Shown here: positions 37,086 through 51,985 of the stretch, piece by piece
Numbering within the stretch: position 1 is the stretch's first letter
Layout of the letters: every line of letters starts with the position of its first letter
NCBI GenBank assembly: GCA_036689345.1
Contig: CP144799.1
Coordinates: 36,030-100,029 of the forward strand
Direction of reading: 5' to 3'
From: Candidatus Stammera capleta
Lineage (GTDB): Bacteria; Pseudomonadota; Gammaproteobacteria; Enterobacterales; Enterobacteriaceae
DNA: 64,000 bases
The notes under the pieces: model-generated
Databases searched by the model: none
What the model saw: the letters and a program-made list of their open reading frames with translations, nothing else
What the model was told of the DNA's origin: nothing
Program-made: the position numbers and the translations under genes

Positions 37086-39899
37086 TTATATAAAATTTCT
37101 TTTTTCTCCTTTACCTATAAGGTTATTAATACATCTTTTACATATATCAGGATATTTTTTGTTTATATTTATATTATATACGTAATGTCAACATCTTTGA
37201 CATTTAATACCTTTATGTTTTTTACATTTAATTTTAAAAAAATTATTTTTATTTAATTTTAAATTAATTTTAATTTTTAGTTCTGAAGTTATAAAAAAAA
37301 ATTTTAATTCTGATTTCATTTTTTCTATTTTTTTAAAAAATTTTTTTTCTAAATATAAAATAATTTTTGTTTCTAAAGTAGAATTAATTTTTTTTTTAAA
37401 TTTTATTTTTTCTATTTTTTTATTTAAAAAATTTTTAATTTTTATTAATTTTTTTCAAATATTAATATTTATATTATTATTTTTATGTATATAAAATAAT
37501 TTTTTATATCATGTTTCGGTATATATTGATAAAGGTTTTTTTCTAGGAAGGTAATTCCATATTTCTTCTACAGTAAAAGATAATATAGGAGTAATTCATT
37601 TTATTAATGTTTCTAGTAATATTCATAAAGTAGTTTGTACACTTAAATAAGGTAAAGTATTTTTTTTTATTGTATATTTTCTATCTTTTATAATATTCAA
37701 ATAAATTGAACTTAAATAAATTACACAAAAATTTAATATTTTTTTTGTAACTTTATAAAATTTAAATTTTTCATATAATTTGATTATTTTTTCTTGTGTT
37801 TCTTTAGTTTTATGTACAATTCATTTATCTATTAATAACATTTTAGAATATGGAATAATTTTTTTTTTTAAATTATGTGTATCTAAATTAGAAATTATAA
37901 ATTTTATAGTATTTCTTATTTTTCTATATGTTTCACTAGTTCTTAGAATTGTGTCATTAGATATATTTATTTCTTTAGTAAATTTAGTAGATGCTACTCA
38001 TAATCTTATTATATCTGCTCCAAATTTATTTATTATTTCTTTAGGATTTATATAATTATTTAATGATTTAGACATTTTTTTACCTTTTTTATCTACTATA
38101 AATCCATGTGTTATTATTTTTTTGTATGGAGCGCAATTATTTATTGCAGTACTAATAATTAATGATGACATAAATCATCCTCTATATTGATCTGATCCTT
38201 CTAAATATAAATCTATTTGTTGTTTTTTATTTTTGTAAAATTTATTATTCATAATTGTAAAACATGTGGATCCTGAATCAAATCATACATCTAATACATC
38301 CAATACTTTTTTATATTGTTTATTAATTCCTAATTCTTGTTGTTTTAAATTTAATCAATAATTTGGTCCATATTTTTCTATTTTTGATGAAATAGTATTC
38401 ATTAAAAATAATGTTTTAGGATGTAATTTATTATTTTTTTTATTTATAAATATTGTTATTGGAGTTCCTCAATGACGTTGTCTTGATATACACCAATCTG
38501 GTCTATTAATTATCATATTTTTAATTTTTTTATATCCCCAATGTGGATATCATTTAACATTTTTAATAGATTGTAATATTTTTTTTTTAAATTTTTTATT
38601 ATTTAATTTTATAAACCATTGTGGTGTACTTCTTAATATTATTGGTTCTTTATGTCTTCAACAGTGTGGGTATTTATGTAAAATTTTTTCTTGTAATAAA
38701 ATTTTTTTATTTTTATATAGTTTTTTTAAAATTTTTTCTTCTGCTTTATGTAATATACATCCTTTAATTTTATTTATATATAGGTAGTCTATATATTTTC
38801 CATATTTATTTATTACATTTAAACCACTAATTTTATTTTTTTTTGATAAATAAAAATCTTGTTCACCGTGTTCAGAAGCTATATGTACTATTCCTGTTCC
38901 AGTATTTATTTCTATATTTTTATCCATTAAAATAGGTACTTTAATTTTTGATATAGGATGAATAGCAAAATATTTTTGAAAAATTTTTCCTTTTACTATT
39001 TTAATTATTTTATATTTTTTTTTTATTTTATATAAAAATTTTTTTTTTTGTTTTTTAGATATTATATATATATTTTTTTTTTTTTTTATTAAAATATATT
39101 CATATTTTGGATGTATAGATATAGCACAATTACCTGGTATAGTTCATGGTGTAGTAGTTCATATAATAAATTTTATTTTATATTTATTAATATTTTTATT
39201 TAAAATATTATTTTTTTTTATAAATTTTTGATCTAAACAAAAGTCAAATATTACATATATAGATGTAGATTTTTTAATTATATATTCTATTTCTGCTTCA
39301 GCAATAGATGATTGACATTTAATACATCAGTTAATGGGTTTTTTTTTTCTTTCTAATAAATTTAATTTAATTATTTTTCTTAGTGTTCTTATAGTATTAG
39401 CAATAGTAGTAAATTTCATAGTATTATAATAATTTTTTCAATCAGCTATTATTCCTAATCTTATGAAATCGCTTTTTTGTTTTTTTATTTGTTTTTTTAC
39501 ATATTTTTTACATTTATATTTGAATTTTTTAATTTTATTTATTGAATTTAATTTTTTTTTTTTTTTTTTTTGTATTTCTAGTTCGATAGGTAATCCATGA
39601 CAATCCCATCCTGGTATATATGGAGTATCAAAATTCATGAAATTTTTATATTTTAATATTATATCTTTAAGAATTTTATTAAAAGCGTGACCTATATGTA
39701 TTTTACCGTTAGCATAAGGTGGTCCATCATGAATAATAAATTTTCTTTTATTTTTTTTATTTTTTCTAATTTTTTGATATATATTATTTTTTTTTCATAT
39801 TTTTATTATTTCAAGTTCTTTAATACTTAAATTTGCTTTCATAGGAAAATTTATTTTTGGTAAATTAATAGTTTCCTTATAGTTATTTTTTTTTTTCAT
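37086..39899 (-). CDS. ileS: isoleucine--tRNA ligase
   Basis: Minus strand, ATG at 39899. [23 protein letters not shown] (HIGH) and [13 protein letters not shown]. Track ORFs 39438-39638 and 38658-38927 are in the same frame. C-terminal Zn-finger remnant PDICKRC. Length 2814 nt gives 937 aa (E. coli 938). Stop TAA at 37086-37088. Confidence 0.96.
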
Positions 39900-40102
39900 A
39901 TATTTTATTAACTTAATTATTTTAAATATATAATTAAAAATTATGTTTTTAAAAAGATATTATATTTATTTAGTATATATTAAAAAAAATATTTTTAGAA
40001 TATTGAAATTTAGTTAAGTAATATTTAAATTTATATTTTGTAAAATATATTATTATAGTTGATATTTAAAAGTATATACATATATATTTTATAATGTAGT
40101 AA

Positions 40103-42028
<1,926 letters not shown>

Positions 42029-42065
42029 TAATTGTGGAGTTTTTATAATTTGCTAGAGGTTATAT

Positions 42066-43193
42066 ATGTCAAATAAAAATTATTATGATATTTTGGGTGT
42101 TTCTAAAACAGCTGAAGAGAATGATATCAAAAAAGCATATAAACGTCTAGCTATTAAATATCATCCTGATAGAAATAAAGGCGATAAAATTTCTGAAGAA
42201 AAATTTAAAGAAGTTAAAGAAGCTTATGAAGTTTTAAGTGATAAAAAAAAACGTCATATGTATGATCAGTATGGACATTCTGCTTTTAACCAAAGTAGTT
42301 ATAGTGATACTTCTGATTTTAGTAGTTCTTCTGATTTTGGTGATATTTTTGGAGATATTTTTGGAGATATTTTTAGTTCACAAAAAAAGAAGAAATATAG
42401 TAAAGGTTCTGATATTTTATATAATATGGAATTAAATTTAGAAGAGGTAGCTAAAGGTGTTTCTAAAGAGTTTAAGATTAATGTTGTTCAAAAATGTAGT
42501 GTTTGTTATGGTAGTGGATGTAAACCAGGTACAAAACGTAAATTATGTAATCCTTGTAAAGGAACAGGTAATTTAAAAACTCGTCAAGGATTTTTTACTA
42601 TACAACAAACTTGTCCTACGTGTCGTGGTGAAGGTTATTTAATAGGAGATATTTGTTATATATGTAATGGTTCAGGTACGGAAAGATCAATAAAAAATAT
42701 TTTTGTTAAAATACCTGCTGGTATTAATAATAATGATCGTATAAGATTGTCAGGAAAAGGTAATTATTCACTTAATAGTACTGTTCCTGGAGATTTATAT
42801 ATTAATATAAAAATAAAAAAACATCCTATTTTTAATAGAGAAAATAATAATCTATATTGTGAAATACCTATAAATTTTTCTTTGGCTGCTTTAGGAGGTA
42901 AAATAGATGTTCCTACTTTAAGTGGAGGTATAAAATTAAATATTCCTCCTGAAACACAAACAGGAAAATTATTTCGTATCAGAAATAAAGGAATTAAATT
43001 TATTAATAGTAATAATTATGGAGATTTATTATGTAAAGTTTTAGTAGAAACACCAATAAATTTAAATAAATATCAAAGAAAGTTATTATATGATTTAGGT
43101 TTAACTTTATTAAATAATAAAGAAGTTAATTATCCTAAAACAAAAAGTTTTTTTGATCGTGTAAAAAAATTTTTTGATAAATTAACTCATTAG
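42066..43193 (+). CDS. dnaJ: co-chaperone DnaJ
   Basis: J-domain (YYDILGV...HPDRN), a short G/F region (GDIF x3), four CxxCxGxG zinc motifs. Follows dnaK. Confidence 0.97.
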   Translation: MSNKNYYDILGVSKTAEENDIKKAYKRLAIKYHPDRNKGDKISEEKFKEVKEAYEVLSDKKKRHMYDQYGHSAFNQSSYSDTSDFSSSSDFGDIFGDIFGDIFSSQKKKKYSKGSDILYNMELNLEEVAKGVSKEFKINVVQKCSVCYGSGCKPGTKRKLCNPCKGTGNLKTRQGFFTIQQTCPTCRGEGYLIGDICYICNGSGTERSIKNIFVKIPAGINNNDRIRLSGKGNYSLNSTVPGDLYINIKIKKHPIFNRENNNLYCEIPINFSLAALGGKIDVPTLSGGIKLNIPPETQTGKLFRIRNKGIKFINSNNYGDLLCKVLVETPINLNKYQRKLLYDLGLTLLNNKEVNYPKTKSFFDRVKKFFDKLTH

Positions 43194-43196
43194 AGT

Positions 43197-44429
43197 TTAT
43201 TTGTATATAGGAAATTTTTTGCAAATTTTTTTAATTTTTTTTTTTATATTTTTAATTATTTTATTATTATTTATATTATTTAATATTTTTATTATAAAAT
43301 TTGTTATTTTTTTTATTTTTTTTTTTTGTATTTTTCTATATGTAATACATGTTGTTCCTATTCTTATACCAGATGTAATAAATGATGTTTTATTATCATC
43401 TGGTATATAATTTTTATTAACTATAATATTTGCTAAACTAAGTTTTTTTTCTGCTTTTATACCTGTTATATTTTTATTTATTAAATTTATAACAAATAAG
43501 TGTGTATCTGTTCCATTAGAAATGATTTTAAAATTATTTTTTAGAAAAATTTTTACCATATATTTAGAATTTTTTATAATTTTTTTTTGATAAATTCTAA
43601 ATTTAGGTTTTAATGCTTCTTTAAAAGCTATTGCTTTAGCAGCTATTACATGCATTAATGGACCACCTTGTATTCCTGGAAATATAGATAAATTTATTTT
43701 TTTATATAATTTTTTATTTTTTCCTTTAGCTAAAATTAATCCTCCTCTAGGTCCTGATAAAGTTTTATGTGTGGTAGAAGTTACTATATCAGCGTATTTT
43801 AATGGATTAGGATATAATTTAGCTGCTATTAATCCTGCTATATGTGATATATCTATTAATAAATAGCTTTTATATAAATTAGCTATAAATTTAAATTTCT
43901 TTCAATTACATATTCTTGAATAAGAAGAGAAACCTGCTATTATTAATTTTGGTTTATATTTTTTAGTTAAGTATTCTATTTGATTAAAATCTATATATTC
44001 ATTTTTATTTAAACTATATGATTTTATGTTATATAGTTTTCCTGAAATATTAACTTTTGATCCATGAGTTAAATGTCCTCCATGACTTAATTTCATACTT
44101 AATATAGTTTCACCAGGTTTTAATATAGCGTTATAAACAGCTAAGTTAGCTTGTGAACCTGAATGAGGTTGTACATTTACATAATTAGCATTAAATAGTT
44201 TTTTTGCTCTATTTATAGCTATATTTTCTATTTTATCTATATATTTACATCCTCCGTAATATCTTTTTTTAAAATATCCTTCAGCATATTTATTAGTTAA
44301 TATTGATCCTTGTGCTTTAATAGTATTTATACTAGCATAACTTTCAGAAGCTATTAAATTTATAGTTTTTTCTTGTCTAATTTTTTCTAATTTTATTAAT
44401 TTTAAAATTTTATCTGTTTTTTTTTTCAT
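43197..44429 (-). CDS. glyA: serine hydroxymethyltransferase
   Basis: Track ORFs 43902-44429 and 43197-43655 share one frame. [35 protein letters not shown] motifs. Stop TAA at 43197-43199. Confidence 0.97.
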
Positions 44430-45351
44430 TATTTTTTATTTTGTATGCATTTAAATATATTAATTCTAGTATTAAACTAGCTGCTGTTAAAGAAGTTATT
44501 CCTGATTTATCATAAATAGGACTTATTTCTACCATATCAAATCCTATTATATTAATATTTTTTAATTTTCTTATTATTTCTAGTATTTTATGAATTGTTA
44601 TTCCTCCTATTACAGGAGTACCTGTTCCAGGTGCATAAGATGGATCTATACAATCTATATCAAAACTAATATAGGTAGGTAAATTATTAGTAGTTTGTTC
44701 TATTTTTTTTATAATTTTTTTTGTAGAAATTTTATTAACTTTTTCTGAACTTATAATATTTATATTATTATTTTTATTTATATATGTTCTTATTCCTATT
44801 TGGATAATATTTTTTTTTTTTATTATTTTTTTTTCTATAATTTTATTTATTATATTTCCATGATCATATGTATTATTATTATTATACATATCTGTATGTG
44901 CATCGAAATGTATTAAAGACATATTTTTATAAAAATTTTTGTATGTTTTTAATATAGGTAAAGTTATATAATGATCTCCTCCTATAAAAATAATATTTTT
45001 TTTTATTTTTAATAAATTAGTTATTTTTTCTTTTATTTTTTTATTAAAATTTTTTATATTTCCGTTTTTGTATATTAAATCTCCTCCATCAATTATTTTA
45101 ATATATTTATTTAATGAAAAATTTCAAGGTCATTTTTTTTTTTCTCAATATAAATGTATTGATTCTTTTCTAATACTATCTGGAGCTAATTTACTTCCAG
45201 GTTTTCCTGTACTAGATATTTCACATGGTATACCTAATATAATAGTATTAAATATATCTTTTATAGAGTATTTTTTTTTTATTATTAAAGGGAATCTCAT
45301 AAATCCAAATAAATTAGATATCAAAGATTGATCTTTTAAAATTATTTTCAT
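44410..45351 (-). CDS. speB: agmatinase
   Basis: Track ORFs 45145-45351 and 44410-44922 share one frame through TGA codons. [45 protein letters not shown] and GFDMVE are collinear with E. coli SpeB (306 aa; 313 aa here). The 3' end overlaps the glyA start by 20 nt. Confidence 0.95.
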
Positions 45352-45352
45352 A

Positions 45353-47161
45353 TTATTCTAAATAAGTTTTATTTTTTAAAAAAATAGTTAATATTTTATA
45401 TATTTTTTTGTTTATTTTTTTATTTTTTTTCAATTTATTAAATATTTGATTTTTTTTTATTTGTGTATATTTAATCATATTTAAAATATTATCATTTTTA
45501 TTTATATTAAAACATTTATATTTTTTATTTTTTTTTATATATATTAAATTTGTTTCTATTTTACCAAATAAATTATGTATATTACTAAGTATATTTTGAT
45601 ATGCTCCTATCATAAAAAATATTATTTCAGGTAATTTATTATTTTTATATTTTGGAATTATTAATGTATTACTTATTTTATTTTTATTTATATATTTATT
45701 TATTTTTCCATCTGAATCACATGTAATATCTGAAATTAAAATATTTTGTTTATTTTTGTTATTTAAACCTTTTATAGGTAAAATAGGAAAAATTTGTTTT
45801 ATACCTCAACTATCTGGTAAAGATTGAAATAAAGAAAAATTTATATGTATTTTATTAGATATATATAAATTTATATTTTTAATTATTTTCTTATTTTTAA
45901 TTATTTTTTTTTTTTTTATATATATAAGTATATTATTATAAATTTTTTCTGTTAAATATTTTTCAAATAAATTTAATTTTCCATATTGATGTTTTTTTTT
46001 TATTTTTTCTAATTTTTTTAATATTTTATTTTCATTTAAATATTTATTTTTTGTTAATTTATTCCATAAATGTAATATTGTTTTAATATTTTTTTTTGAT
46101 ATTTTTTTATTATTTATTTTTGAATTAGAAATTTTTTTTATTTTATTATTTTCTGTATTTATAATATTAGTAATTAATATTACATGATCTGCTGTAATAT
46201 ATCTTCCTGATTCAGTAAATATATTAGGTAATGGAACATTATATTTTTTACATAATGAAAAAATTATTTTAATAATTTGTTTTGTATATGAATTTAAATT
46301 ATAATCAATGTGTGTTTTTTTTTTATAATAATAATTTACTGCTAATCCACCTCCAAAATCTAAATATTTAATTTTAACTTTAAATATTTTATATATATCT
46401 ATATAAATTTTAATAAATTCTTTAAAATTTCTTTTAAAATATTTTATTTTATTTATTTGTGAACCTATATGACAATGTAATAATTTTAATTTAGTGATTA
46501 TTTTTTTTTTTTTTAATATTTTAATACATTTAATTATTTGTTTTGTATTTAAACCAAATTTAAATTGTGATTTATTATTTTTTATATTTAATTCTAATGA
46601 ATTTAATTTTATTCTTATTCCTATTTTTAATTTATTATTATATATATTTTGTTTAATTAATTTTATTTCTTTAAATTTTTCTATTATAATATATACTTTA
46701 TGTCCTATTTTATTTGCTATATTAGCTAGAAAAATATATTTTTCATCTTTATATCCATTACATAGTATAGTTATATTTTTTTTAGCATGTACTAAAATAG
46801 TCATTAATTCAGCTTTTGAACCTGCTTCTAATCCTATTTTATATTTAGTGTTTTTAAGTATATATTTTAATAAATATGATTCTTGATTTACTTTAATTGG
46901 GTATATTAAATGATATTTAATATTTAATTTATATATATTTATATATTTTAAAAAAGATAAATTAATTAATTTCATTTTATCTTTAATAATTTGTGGAAAA
47001 CATATTTTAATAGGTAAATTATTTTTATTTACTATTTTTTTTAATTCGAAAAATTTTTTTTTTTTATAGTTTATACAAATATTTATATTTCCTTTTTTAT
47101 TAATATAAAAATATTTTCTTTTACAATTATTATTTTTTTGTTTATTTTTATTAATGTTCAT
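45353..47161 (-). CDS. speA: biosynthetic arginine decarboxylase
   Basis: Track ORFs 45806-47161 and 45353-45613 share one frame. CFPQII, IYPIKVNQ, HCHIGSQ, FSLFQSLPDSWGI..FPILP, DITCDSDG and GAYQNILSNIHNLFG match E. coli SpeA. Stop TAA at 45353-45355. Confidence 0.95.
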
Positions 47162-47300
47162 TATTTATTTTTTAAATATATAAATTTAATTATCAAAATG
47201 GTAATTTGTTAATGTATACTTTAGATGATATATTATTTGTTTTAAATTATTTTATTATAAAATTATTTTTTTAATTTTTTTTTAGGAGATTTTAAATACA

Positions 47301-48458
47301 ATGAATTTATGTTATTTTACTTCTGAATCTGTTTCAGAAGGTCATCCAGATAAAATTGCTGATCAAATATCTGATGCTATATTGGATTTTATTATTTCTA
47401 GAGATAAGTATGCTAAAGTTGCTTGTGAAACATATATAAAAAATAATATAGTTATAGTAGGAGGAGAAATAAGTACTTTTGTTTCTTTTAATATAGATAA
47501 TATTGTTAGAAATACTATAAAGAATATTGGTTATACTGATAATAATAGTTTTTTTAGTTTTAATTCTTGTGTAATATTTAATGTTATTAGTAAACAATCT
47601 AGCGATATATCTTTGGGTGTTAATAAAGATAAATTTTCAAATCAAGGAGCAGGAGATCAAGGAATTATGTTTGGTTATGCAACTAATGAAACTAATGAGT
47701 TTATGCCGGCACCTATTTTATATGCTCATAATTTAGTTAAAAAACAGTCTGAATTAAGAAAAAATAATGTTTTATCTTGATTATGTCCTGATGCTAAAAG
47801 TCAAATTACTTTTATATATAATAAAAATGTAATTATAGGAATAGATGCAGTAGTATTTTCTACACAACATTTAGATAATATTTCATATAAAAAATTAAAA
47901 GAATCTGTAATGGATGAAATTATATTACCTGTATTACCTAAAAAATGATTAAATAAAAAAACAAAATATTTTATTAATCCTACAGGTAGATTTGTAATTG
48001 GTGGTCCTGTAGGAGATTGTGGTTTAACAGGAAGAAAAATAATAGTTGATACTTATGGTGGTTTTTCTAGACATGGTGGAGGTGCTTTTTCAGGTAAAGA
48101 TCCTTCTAAAGTTGATAGATCTGGAGCTTATATGGCTAGGTATATAGCTAAAAATATAGTAGCTGCTGGATTAGCAGATAAATTTGAAATACAGATTTCT
48201 TATGCAATAGGAGTAACTTATCCTATTTCTATAATGATAAATACTTTTGGTACTGAAAAAGTTTTATTAAAAGATTTATTAAAAGCTATAAATATTTTTT
48301 TTGATTTAAGACCTGGAAAAATTATAGAAAAATTAGATTTATTAAATCCTATATATTATAAAACAGCATCATATGGTCATTTTGGTAGAGAAGAATTTTC
48401 TTGAGAAAAATTAGATATGGTTAAAGATTTATCAAATTTTTTTAAAAAAAAAAATTAA
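47301..48458 (+). CDS. metK: S-adenosylmethionine synthase
   Basis: [57 protein letters not shown] and [16 protein letters not shown]. Track ORFs 47301-47780 and 48132-48404 are in frame. Stop TAA at 48456-48458. AGGAG upstream. Confidence 0.98.
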
Positions 48459-49063
48459 TTTTTAATTAATTTTTTATAAATATAGGAAATCATATATTTG
48501 GCTTTTGGATAAATTACTTTAATATTTTTATTTTTAAATATATTAATTATTTTATTTTTTGATTTATATTGATTAGTGATTAAATATATTTTATTTTTTC
48601 CATTATTTTTTTTTTTAAATTTTTTAGATAAAATATATTTTTTTTTAATAAAAATATTTTTTTTATTATTATATATTTTTATATTTATTTTAGAATTATA
48701 AATTATAATGTATATTTTTTTTTTATTAATTTCTTTTATTTTACGTATATTTTCATTTATAATATGAAATGTATTTATTTTTAGTATTTTAATTTTTTTG
48801 TATCTTAAAATAAATATTTGTGCTATATTTAATGATAATTTTGTTCCTATAATACTTCCTGGACCAGTATTTATAACAAAGTAATTAATTTTTTTAATAT
48901 TAATTTTATTTTTTTTTATAATACTGTCTATTAGTACTAATATATATTTATTGTTTATTTTTTTGTTAAATTTATATTTAGTAAATATTTTATTTTTATA
49001 TTTTATTGCTACTGAACATAATTCAGTAGATATTTCTATAGCTAAAATATTTTTGTTTTTCAT
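48455..49063 (-). CDS. tsaB: tRNA t6A37 biosynthesis protein TsaB (YeaZ)
   Basis: Internal ATG at 49063 of track ORF 48455-49105 gives MKNKNILAIEISTELCSVAI (E. coli MRILAIDTATEACSVAL). NTGPGSIIGTKL corresponds to GRGPGSFTGVRI. The C-terminal part is weakly conserved. Confidence 0.8.
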   Translation of the reverse strand: MKNKNILAIEISTELCSVAIKYKNKIFTKYKFNKKINNKYILVLIDSIIKKNKINIKKINYFVINTGPGSIIGTKLSLNIAQIFILRYKKIKILKINTFHIINENIRKIKEINKKKIYIIIYNSKINIKIYNNKKNIFIKKKYILSKKFKKKNNGKNKIYLITNQYKSKNKIINIFKNKNIKVIYPKAKYMISYIYKKLIKN

Positions 49064-49112
49064 AGTTAATGTTATTATTATAATAATATATTTATATTTT
49101 ATCAAAAAATAT

Positions 49113-50156
49113 ATGAAAAAAATTAATTTATTAGATTTAAATAGAAATATGATGGAAAAATTTTTTTTAAATTTAGGAGAAAAAAAATTTATTGCTTATC
49201 AAATTATGGATTGAATTTATAAAAAATTTTGTTTTGATTTTTTGTTAATGAATAATATCAGTAAAAAATTGAAATTAAAATTATTAAATTTAACTGTAAT
49301 AAAATTACCTGTTATGTATGATATTAAATATTCTATAGATGGAGTTATAAAATTTATTTTAAATGTTGATAATGATTTTATAGAAACTGTATATATTCCT
49401 GAAATAAATAGAAGAACTTTATGTATTTCTACACAAGTAGGTTGTTCTATAAATTGTAGTTTTTGTGCTACAGGTAAAATGGGATTTAAAAGAAATTTAA
49501 AAGTTTGTGAAATTATAGGTCAAATTTTATTTGTATCTAGTTTTATTAAAAGAAAATTTTTTTTTATTAATAATATTTGTATTACAAATATAGTTTTTAT
49601 GGGTATGGGTGAACCATTATTAAATTTTAATAATTTAATTAATTCTATTAGAATTATTTTAGATAAATATAGTTTATTTATTTCAAAAAGAAAAGTAGTT
49701 ATATCTACTTCTGGTATTATACCTTCTATATATAAATTAATTAATTTAGTTGATGTTATTTTAACTTTATCACTTCATGCTCCAAATAATTTTTTAAGAA
49801 ATAGAATTATGCCTATTAATATAAAATACAATTTACATGATATACTTAAAGCAATGAATAGTTATATAAATTATGCTAAATCTAATAAAGGTAAGTTAAA
49901 TATTGAATATATTATGTTAAATAATATTAATGATAGTTATGAATGTGCTAATCAATTAGTAAATTTATTAAAAAATTTTTCTGTAAAAATAAATTTAATA
50001 CCATTTAATAATATTAAAAATTGTTCTTATACTAGAAGTAATGATAAAAAAATATTTAATTTTCATAAATTTCTTAAAAAAAATAAAATTTTTTCTTTTA
50101 TTAGAAAAATAAGAGGTTTTGATATTAATGCTTCATGTGGTCAATTATATAAATAA
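49113..50156 (+). CDS. rlmN: 23S rRNA/tRNA m2A methyltransferase RlmN (radical SAM)
   Basis: ATG at 49113 (MKKINLLDLNRNMMEKFF vs E. coli KINLLDLNRQQMREFF). Joined to track ORF 49242-50156 through TGA. CSINCSFCATG radical-SAM cluster motif; GMGEPLLN; C-terminal ASCGQL. Confidence 0.95.
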
Positions 50157-50198
50157 TGTTATTATTATTTATTTATTTTATATTTATTTAAAATTATT

Positions 50199-50591
50199 AT
50201 GAATAATGAAAAAATAAATTCTTTAGGTAAAATTTTAGTAAAGTATAGAAAATTATCAAATTTTACTCAACAAGATATTGCTGATAAATTATGTTTAAAA
50301 TTAGATTTAATTCGTAATATAGAGAAAAATATATTTCCTAATAATATACCTTGAGTATTTTATAATGGTTATATATATTCTTATGCTCGTTTAGTAAATT
50401 TATCTAAAAGTAAAGTTTTTTTTTTTTTAAAACAATATTCTTCTAAAGATAAATATTGTTCAACTCAAATAGTTAAAAAAAAATTTTTTTTTAATAAAAA
50501 TAAATTTTTTTTTTTACTAACTGTTTTTATTTTATTAAATTCATTTTTATTTTTATTAGTATATTATTCTTTTTTAAAATTTTTTTTTTAG
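50199..50591 (+). CDS. rodZ: truncated RodZ-like protein (HTH domain plus one TM segment, about 130 aa)
   Basis: ATG at 50199, one in-frame TGA, stop TAG at 50589-50591. KLCLKLDLIRNIEKN...FYNGYIYSYARLV aligns with E. coli RodZ RLCLKVSTVRDIEED...FLRGYIRSYARLV. Hydrophobic C-terminal stretch. Sits between rlmN and hisS as in E. coli. Confidence 0.75.
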
Positions 50592-50636
50592 TTTTTAATT
50601 TAAAATTTATTAGTTTTTTAAAAAAAAATTAAAATT

Positions 50637-51932
50637 ATGGATAAATTAGAAATAAAATCTATTAAAGGTATGCATGATTGTATACCTAATGATATATATA
50701 TATATCAATATGTAGAGAAAATTTTTAAATTTTTAATGAAAAATTATTCTTTTAAAGAGATAAGGTTTCCTATTTTAGAAAAAACTTCTTTATTTCATAG
50801 AAATATAGGATTAAATAGTTTTATTTTAGATAAAGAAATGTATTCTTTTATAGATCGTAATGGTTTGAATATTAGTTTAAGACCTGAGGGTACAATAGGT
50901 TGTGTAAGAGCTTATATACAAAATAATTTATTTTTGAATAAATTTTTAAATAAATTTTGATATTTAGGTCCTATGTTTAGATATGAAAATACCCAAAAAG
51001 GTAGATTTCGTCAATTTTATCAAATAGGTTTAGAAGTATTTGGTACTAAAAATATTAGTATTGATTTAGAATTAATTTTAATAATTAAAAGATTATGGGA
51101 AAAATTAGGTGTAATTAATTTTTTAAATTTAGAAATTAATTCTATAGGTTCTATAGAAGATAGAAATAATTATGTTATATATGTAAAAAAATTTTTTAAA
51201 AATAATAAAAATAATTTTTTTATTAATGATTTAAATTATAATAAAATTAATTTTTTTAGGTTATTAGATAGTAAAAATATTGAAATTAAAAATCTATATA
51301 AAAATTTTCCTAGAATAATTGATTTTATAAATAAAAAATCTTTATTTAATTTTGAAGAATTATGTAAAAATTTAAATATTTTGGGAATTAATTATAAAAT
51401 TAATTATAATTTAGTACGTGGATTAGATTATTATAATGATTTTGTTTTTGAATGAACTAGTAATTTTTTGGGTGTTAAAAAATCTGTTTGTTCTGGAGGT
51501 AGATATGATAATTTAATAAAAAATATATCTAAATTTTCTATTCCAGCTGTTGGTTTAGCTATAGGATTAGATAGATTAGTAATTTTATTAAAAAAAATTA
51601 AAAAATATAAATATATAAATAATAAAGTTGATATATATATAATATCTTCATTTAATAAAAAAAGTAGATTATTAGGTATTAAAATTGTAGAAAAAATATT
51701 GAATTATTTTTCTAATTCTATTAGTGTTTATAATGATCATATTAAATATAAAAATTTAGGATTAAAAATCTCTAGAGTAATTAAATTAAATCCTCGTATT
51801 CTTATTATTATAGATAAGAATGAATTAATTAATAATTATGTTACTATTAAAAGTATTTTTTTAAATAAACAAAAAAAAATTTCTTATAAAAATATTATTA
51901 ATAATATAGTTTTTTTTTTAAAAAAATATTAA
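50637..51932 (+). CDS. hisS: histidine--tRNA ligase
   Basis: Three track ORFs (50637, 50973, 51468) share one frame, joined by TGA. W-YLGPMFRYENTQKGRFRQFYQIG and FE-W-TSN..GVKKSVCSGGRYDNL match E. coli HisS class II motifs. Confidence 0.96.
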
Positions 51933-51985
51933 TTATATTTTATTTTTCTAAATATTTTATATAAATTTAAAAAAAATTTACTCAA

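Noticed and set aside
40003-40008. TTGAAA about 130 nt upstream of dnaK, resembling the sigma-32 -35 element CTTGAAA.
   Set aside because: No CCCCAT-like -10 element follows at the right spacing. Hexamers of this kind occur by chance throughout such AT-rich DNA, so this cannot support a heat-shock promoter call.
42339-42374. A 3 x 12-bp tandem repeat (GGWGATATTTTT) in dnaJ encoding [12 protein letters not shown].
   Set aside because: This is the residual G/F region of DnaJ. E. coli has the equivalent DIFGDVFGDIFGG, so it is ancestral protein sequence rather than a new repeat element.
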